DNA of 64,000 nucleotides from Craspedostauros australis (lineage: Eukaryota): contig JALAGF010004655.1 of NCBI GenBank assembly GCA_030167865.1, forward strand, positions 1 through 64,000. Direction: 5' to 3'. Below, one piece after another: positions 56,573-64,000 of this stretch. A program made the translations under genes and the position numbers. The first letter of the stretch is position 1; the number at the start of each line of letters is the position of its first letter. Below the pieces are notes generated by a model, which saw only the letters and a program-made list of their open reading frames with translations, was not told where the DNA came from and searched no databases.

Positions 56573-59488
56573 CTATCGCCTGGCATTGAAATCAGGAGCC
56601 GGTAGGCCCAGCACCGCCCGGAGGCCACGGCTCAGCAGACGCTCTCCGAGGCGCACGACGAACTCATTGGCCGCCACTTGCACTTTTGGCTCTTGCGCCA
56701 GCTTGCGCACGATGGGAATGAACTTGGACACGTCCGTGTCGGTGGCGCCAGTGTCGAGGAGCTCGATGATACGGCTGAACCGTGCCATCGTGGGCGGCAT
56801 GTTGGGCAGCGAGGTGCGCACGTCCTCGGCCACGTTGCCCTGCTGGGAGATGAGGCGTTGGAAGGTGCGGAAAGCACGCACGGCGGTGACCTCGTCGTTG
56901 ATGGCGAGCGCGGCGGACGCTCTGGAGAGGTATCCGACGGTCTCCGCGCCCAGACTGTCGGTGGCTTCGACCAGCTGATCGGAGAGGTCGGTCAGGAGGA
57001 GGCTACCCTCGTCCGAGATGATGTAATCCGTCAGAACGTCCAGCGCGGCCAGGACGTCGTATCCCGAAGACGATTTGGCCTCGTCCAGGAGGCTTTCGAG
57101 ACGGTTCCATCTGATTCTGCCGTCGCTGGTGAGTGCCAATCGCTTGAGGGCTTCGTGCATGTCATCCTGCGGATCCGTCAAGACACGGCTGGCAACGTAG
57201 GGGTAGGCATCGCTGATGATGCGCGACGATGGTTCGACCTGAATGGCGACACCCTCTAGGACTCCAAGGCAGCGGATGATGGCGATGTAGAAGGGTGGCA
57301 ACGAGAATGGGTAGGTGTACATGATGTCCCCAAGCGAGTTGATGACATTCTTGAAGTTGAGCTCCGAGACGTCAGCATTGAGGACGTCAGGAAGCGCCTT
57401 TTCGAGGGCTGCCTTGATGGGCTCCACATCAGTGTCTTCCGGAATGAACCCCAAGCGTTGGTAGACCCGGACGAGCTGATCCCAATCACGGTTGACGATG
57501 TGCACCACGGCAAGCACGAAGCCATTGCGCTGAGATCGGTCCGCGTAGGAGACCATTCCGAAATCCAAATAGCAGAGCTTGCCATCGGGACATGCCAGCA
57601 GATTGCCGGCATGTGGGTCTGCAAATTGAGAGCAGTGTGGCATTGTGAGCAAAGGGACGAGCGGGCGAAGGAACTTTGATGTATCACGTCTGGCTGTGCA
57701 TGAAGAGCATCAGCACGTCAGCCTCCAATACGAGCAGGCTAAATCCGTCATGCAACACACAGGGCATGTGCTGACGCAATCCAATGTAGCACGATGAAAC
57801 ACAATTAAGTACACCCTACGCTCCCTCAGCATACTCTTCCACAACATGCACCTCCTCAGCATGCTCCTCCCACAAGTACGAGTATACTCACCAGCATGAA
57901 AGAAGCCATTCTCAAGGATCTGCTGCAGACTGCACTGCACGAGACAGTCGATGAGCTTCTTTGGTTCCAAGCCGTACCGCGCCAACGCGTCCGTATCGCT
58001 GATGCGCACACCGTCGACCCACTCCATGACGAGGACCTTGCGCGTTGTGAGATCGGAGTAGACCTTGGGCACGAAGACGTCCGTGACGCCGGCATAGAGC
58101 TCGTTGAATCGCTGTGCGTTGGCAGCCTCGGCAACGTAGTCGATCTCACGGTAGATGAGGTCGCCGAAATCGTCGATGATGGACTGCACGTTGATATCGC
58201 GGTTGAGGAATTCGAAGAGCTTGTTGTAGACGCCGCTCCACCAGCGCAGGACGTAGAGATCGAGCGCAATGATCTGCTCGCAGTTGGGACGCTGGATCTT
58301 GAGCGCGACGGTGTCGCCGTTGGCCTTGAGGCGGGCCTTGTAAACTTGCCCGATGGAGGCGGCCGCGATGGGTTCGTCCTCCACGAGCTCGAATATGTCG
58401 TCGAAGTTGACGCCGAGCTCCTGGTCGACGATTCGGAAGGCGAGGTCGTTGGAGAAGCGCGGCACGTCGTCCTGGAGTTTCTGCAGTTCGTCGAGGTACT
58501 CCGAGGGCAGGAGATCGGGACGGCTGGCCAACGCCTGACCTGCCTTGATGATGGCAGGACCCAGACCGGAGATGGCCTGTTGGAGCTGCGCGGCACGCTT
58601 GCGCCTTTGATCGCTGGATTTGGACTTGCCCATGAGGAAGTCGAAGACGACGCCAGCAGCCCACAGGCCGAACGGTCCGGCGATCTGCACGTTGCGCACG
58701 AGCCACTTGGTGGGCTGTCGGAAGAGCAGCTTCTCCGCTGCAACGGGATCGTACTTGACGAGGGGTTCTGCAACCTTGACACCTCGTCGGAATGCGTATC
58801 GCGTGACGACATCACCGCCGTCCAAAAGGCCGTTGACCCACACGTTGTCGTCCACGACGATCTGCGAGCCGTCGCCGTTGACGCCCGCATCGAGTGACGA
58901 CGATGGCCCCACCGCGATGCCATGATCGCTGGAACCGTTGGCACTGCCATTGACGCTGCCATTGCCAATGATCGAAGCATCAGCGTTTGCATTGAGGTTG
59001 GATTTGGTCAATCCGTTCGGAGGCAGAGGAGTCATTCTGACGGTCGGCAGGGAGGGCGACGGAGACATGAGCGACGCTTCCTGATCCGCCGCCAGCTGGT
59101 CCAGAAGCTTTCTGGCCTTTTGAAGCCGAGGGGAGTAGGGCTGGTCCTTCCTCCTGCGTTCCCATTTTGTGCCAACTGCGTTATCTGCCGCTGCATCGGA
59201 GGATGGCTGTCCATCCTTGCTGCCTGCATTGCTGCCTGCATTGCTGCTCGCTGTGGATGTCTCCTTGTCCAACGAGGCAACGTTCAAACGCCATTGAGAG
59301 GCAAACCCAGCGTTCCTCGACGCCGCAGCCGATGCCACCGCAGCCGAAGGAATGCGCCGAGGGGATGGAGCCACGAAGGCATCGCAGGTGGAGGGAGCAG
59401 CGACGGCAACAGTGGCTGCCACCACCATCAAGACGCTCCACGATGTCATGATCATGCTCGTGGATCGTATCCGCTGCCTTTCCTCCAT
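56573..59488 (-). CDS. ABC1/UbiB (AarF) atypical kinase, probably plastid-targeted; 2 exons, intron 57891-57619
   Basis: LGPAIIKAGQALASRPD, LQDDVP, AAASIGQVY, VALKIQRP, EIDY..EA, MEWVDG; splice joins GFFHA-DPHAGN; LDFGM; CDAFVAP presequence. Confidence 0.93.
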
Positions 59489-60792
59489 CTTGTTGTGTTT
59501 CTCGCTTTGCTTCTCTTTTGTTGATCCCAAACCTGCTTCCTTCGATCGACTGTTCCTTAGCTGGGATGTCGTTCGGATTATGATTGCATCATCAAGCAGT
59601 CCCAGAGAGGCCGAGATGTGCAAGCCGAAGGGCGGAAGATGCGCCGCGTGGTGCGTCGAGGTGTTTAGTGGATGTCACGCGTCTCGCTGACGCGAAATGA
59701 AAAGAAGGTGAAGAAGAATGAGCATCTGTTCCCGAGATCAAGGAGGACTGGTTCGTGATTAAATATTTGAATCGTGTTTGTTGGGGCTATGTATGTCAAC
59801 AATACAACACACTATCATGACTCCGGATTCCAAATTCCAGCTGAAAGAGAAGAAATGAGTTTGATTTCTTGACTAACGGCTATATTTTCATATATATATT
59901 AAGTCATTAATGAGTACATAAAACGACGCGAACCCAATGATCTATGTGAATGCATCGGCGTGCGTTAGAATCGGCGAAACACTGGAAGACAAACAAACCT
60001 CGCCACATGATGAGCATGTCCAACAACATGAACAGAAACAACACATTCTGCGTGTGACAGTGCGCCACAGTGCGCGAAGTATTGCGGCAGCACGTTGTTG
60101 GTGTTCTTTGTGATGTAGTGATGTGAGCAGCAGCAGGTACGTATTGGTAGCGCGAGGTGTTGTCATTGCGCGGGCGTTTAGTTACCTACCAGCACTCTAC
60201 GCGGCTGGGAAAGGAGCCTCGAAGCCAAGAGTGGGAGCAAGTCAGGTGAGCCAAACACAGCGACAACGACAAACACAACAGCCGAGGCATGCCAAGCCAA
60301 GCCAAGCCAGAATTCAAAAAGGAGAAGGACAAGTCCTCACCCAACCGAAAGCGCCGTGAGCAGCCTCATCGATCAGTCAAGAGAAACACACCAACAATAG
60401 CGGCAACAACTGCGTACTCGCAATCCAAGAACATTCCAACATCGACCACAGTGATAACAACGATAACAACGATAACGACAGCACCAGCACTCACCTTTGT
60501 TGTTCCCACCATCAATAGCATCAAAACAAACCCCTTCAGCAGTCTACTATACATCACCATCGCTGCACACCACCAAAACACAACACACTTTCATCGCCTC
60601 ATCATTCTGCTTTGCAGCTCCAGCATTCTTGACTTTGTGATAAAAACAGTAGCGTCAACCACAGCATCATCATTCGAAGCGACATTCAAGCAGCAAACTG
60701 CAGATAGCAACGACTGAACAATCAATTCAACACCAACGACGCACGTCACACAAAGCATCAATTACACACGACACATCACAGCATCAGCAATC

Positions 60793-61854
60793 ATGGAGCG
60801 TTATTTGGATCAGCAGGCAAACAATGATGCCTACGACGAGGGAAATATCAGCTACCCATGCCCAGCGTGGGCCCCAGTTGTCGGATTCACAGGAATAACC
60901 TGCGCCGTCGTCTTTGCCAGTGAGTCTACCATCGCTTCATTTGATGGATGCGTTCGCGTGATGCAGTGACGCAAATGGATACAATGTGCGCAAGTGCATC
61001 GCATGGCTATTCAGCATGGAGGCGCATCGGCTTCAAATGCGTGAGCGCACGCGTCTTGAGATCTGCGTCTCAGAATTGTGGCCAAACAGAGAGAACTTGT
61101 TCCTTTGTGCACAATGCTGCACTCATGGTGGTCCACATGCAGCAAGCCGCAATGCCATGTTCTTTTCTGTTTCGCTGTGTTCTGCGACAACTGCACCATC
61201 ACTCTGCTCGTAGCTCACCCAGTACGCCCTCCTCTCCCATTTGCCACAAACTCATGCACCATCATCGCAACGACACGTACGATGATACTTTGGGTCGACC
61301 TCATTCATCTCCGCTCTAACAATATCTCACTAAAAAACGCAGACATCGGCGGAGCTTACGGTACCGCCAAGGCAGGACAGGGTATCATGGCCATGGGAAT
61401 CCGATCGCCGGACCTCCTCATGAAGAACATCATTCCAGTGGTCATGGCTGGTGTGCTCGGAATCTACGGACTCATCGTCGCCGTCATCTTGAACGGAAAA
61501 TTCACAAGGCCTGAGGTCGGAACTGGCCTGTCAACATACTCACAATATACTGCTTTCGCCCATCTCGCGGCCGGTCTGTGCTGCGGCTTCACGTCGCTGG
61601 CATCTGGTCTCGCAATTGGTATTTCTGCAGATGCCGGTACACGAGCGATCGGTGCGCAATCCGCAATGGCCGCCTCGTGGAAGAAGATGGGTTTCACCGG
61701 CGACTCCGGCGGTCAGGAAAGCGGCGCCGGTGATGCTCTCTTCGTCGGTACCATCCTCATCCAGGTCTTCGCTTCCAATCTTGGACTTTACGGACTCATC
61801 ACAGCGCTCATCGTCTCCCAAACGACCTACTCCTGCAGCTCTTACGACGAATAA
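60793..61854 (+). CDS. V-type ATPase proteolipid subunit c-like, lacking the TM4 glutamate; 2 exons, intron 60920-61342
   Basis: CPAWAP..GF..AVVFA-N-IGGAYGTAKAG, MKNIIPVVMAGVLGIYGLIV, AHLAAGL..LASGLAIG, LFVG..FASNLGLYGLI; GTGAGT donor and CAG acceptor in frame. Confidence 0.93.
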
Positions 61855-62526
61855 GTGCACACAGGATGAACCAACCAAGACAAGGCGGCGGCATGGGCGC
61901 ACTCACAACACGACGATTACTCCAACGCTTCGGCGTGTCCAATAGCGCAGCCCATCACCGCGTCTTTCCATGTCACATCCAGTCAAGTCTTATGTCATGC
62001 CATGTTCAGTGAACAACACATGACCATCCTCCACTTGATTTTGAAATGCCTCGTTGCGGTACCAAGATGCTGCTGCTGTTGCCAAACCGTTGTTGACAAA
62101 GACACAGCACAATGGGACGCTATGCGACGGAACACAATAAAAGGGAGGGTGTACGAACGATCGTTGGATCGAGATAGATCATCCTGTCGGTGATCCACCT
62201 CCACCAGCCGAAGTTTGCAGATGCCTGACGTACCCCTCTCTCTCATGATTACCCTACCAATCAAAGTACTCTGCTACCATGCACCGAATGGCAAGCTGCG
62301 CGTTGCCGCGATGCGATGGGGGCAGGAGCATCAGGCAATGTTCCAAACCTACAGTCACAACTACAACCACTGATAATAGCCCAAGCACAAATGTAAAACA
62401 AATGTCTCACTCGAATCATCCAGATTGCGCTTTCCCCACATTCACATGAAGTTGCAATGTTGTCACATTCGTACCAGACCGTCGCAATCGTATCGTTGGA
62501 GGAACGCTTGATCGACCCATTCTACA

Positions 62527-64000
62527 TTATTGATCCTCCCTGCAAACCACTCGTTCCAGGAACATCCGCCTCGCGGCATCGGTGAGGATCTCATCCAACG
62601 CCAAGTCCTCGCTCATGATCTTGTACTGCTCCTTGGACAGGTACTCCTCTGGCGACCAGCTCGCTTTGGCGATCCCCGCCGCCCCCAGCTTGTTCGTCTC
62701 CTGCCCATCATCTCTCTGGTACTGATTGATGTGCGGCCGCACACGTTCCGTCAGCGGATGCGTGTCTTCGAAGCCAAGCACCTTTCGCACGTGATCGGGG
62801 GCGTACGCCAGCCATTCCATGACCATAACGAGATGGAACTTCGCCACCGTATCCAATGCCTGTCCCAGAATATCACGCCGGGTTTGCACGGAGGCATCGT
62901 CCATCGCAGCTTGAATCTTTTTGCGCACGTGCTTGTCGGTGAAGGTCCATGTGTACACGTTGGCGAGATCCTTGCGATGTTCCCACCATTTCTCAATCAC
63001 CTTGATGCGGCAACCCTGTTGTGCGTGTACCATCGATGGACGGTTGGGTGGATGGATGGATGGATGGAACATGGACAAGTGTTAGTGAAAGCAGGACAAC
63101 AACGATGGAGGTACAAACATGTGGAATAGTATCGTGCGCAAATTCGCTCAACCAAAAGCGTGGTGTACATACTCGTACAGTCCCTAACACTGGACAAGGA
63201 AAGCATTGGACTCACTCTGTCTTCGATGCATTCAAATCGAAACTGCGACAATGCCCGATGCAACGGCTTGCGGAAGGAGGTTGCAAAGACGGCCGGCAAA
63301 TCAAAGAACCTGTTCGATTCGAAGGCATCCCATTCGTTGCCCAGAATCTTGTGGTGCTTGGCATGCATGTTCGTGACGATTTCTTCATTCGTCCAGTACG
63401 AGAAGCAACCTGCGCAGCGTTGCTGCTCGTGCGGCCTCGTGATTTTCCAATGATAGTCGGGCATGCAGTAATACGAGGGAACTTCGTTTTTGGGCAGGTT
63501 GCGCTCGGCCAGCGCGCAGAAATTGGTGCCGCCGGCCTTGCGCAGGTGCTGGAAGAACAGGAAGACGTCGGGGTCGTCGACGAATTGCAGGATCATGTCC
63601 ATCTTGCGTTGGTTGGGAAGCGTGATGCGCTGATCGGGGCATGGGAAGAGTTCCTTCAATTCTTCGTGAGTCAGGAAGGCCTGCTTTTGCGACTCCTGGT
63701 CCAGCAGCTTGCGTTCGAAGGTGCGGACGCCGAAAGGATCCTCATCATGCAAGGTGCGCAACACGTCGGTGGGTGTCATTGCAGCTAGGTCCATGACGAG
63801 TTCTTTCCAATCGGGATAGGTGGCAAGTTTCCGTCCATTTTTCTGTTGCATTTTCTTTTGCCGTGGCTGCTCATTGTCTGACTTGAGTTCTGACGTATCC
63901 ACTGGTTGTTGCATGCGGCTGCTTGCTTCCTTGACTTTGGGGACAGCACCCTCCATACGAGCAGTGGGTTGATGCATGAATGCCAGGCCATCCTGTTGGG
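62527..64000 (-). CDS. Golgi-type sulfotransferase-like protein, 5'-truncated by window edge; intron 63215-63016
   Basis: FFQHLRKAGGT (5'-PSB loop), SFRKPLHRALSQFRF (3'-PB); splice joins ECIEDR-GCRIK; frame stays open to the window end. Confidence 0.8.

Noticed and set aside
1-64000. Prokaryotic operons, defence systems, rRNA or tRNA genes
   Set aside because: Spliceosomal introns and eukaryote-specific genes throughout; no rRNA or tRNA signatures recognised by eye.

Overview
Gene-dense eukaryotic nuclear DNA, most consistent with a diatom. Evidence: short GT-AG introns, DUF6824 proteins, diatom-type GT92/FkbM/sulfotransferase Golgi enzymes, and bipartite signal+'AF' plastid presequences. 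About 23 probable genes are present, including ATG1, GRX3/PICOT, a LarE-like sulfur insertase, a PsbP-domain protein, RBM39-like, NAT10, an ABC1 kinase and a V-ATPase proteolipid. There are also three pseudogenes, two minisatellites and a 32-N gap. Most notable: (1) a plastid-targeted DHH/DHHA1 phosphoesterase with two EF-hands inserted and a CBS pair; (2) a V-ATPase c subunit lacking the proton-carrying glutamate; (3) a three-cysteine LarE-like protein with an organelle-type extension; (4) a hidden ~4-4.5 kb tandem duplication of a DUF6824 + FSH1 hydrolase cassette in which both hydrolase copies have decayed. All calls come from manual motif reading; no database searches were run.
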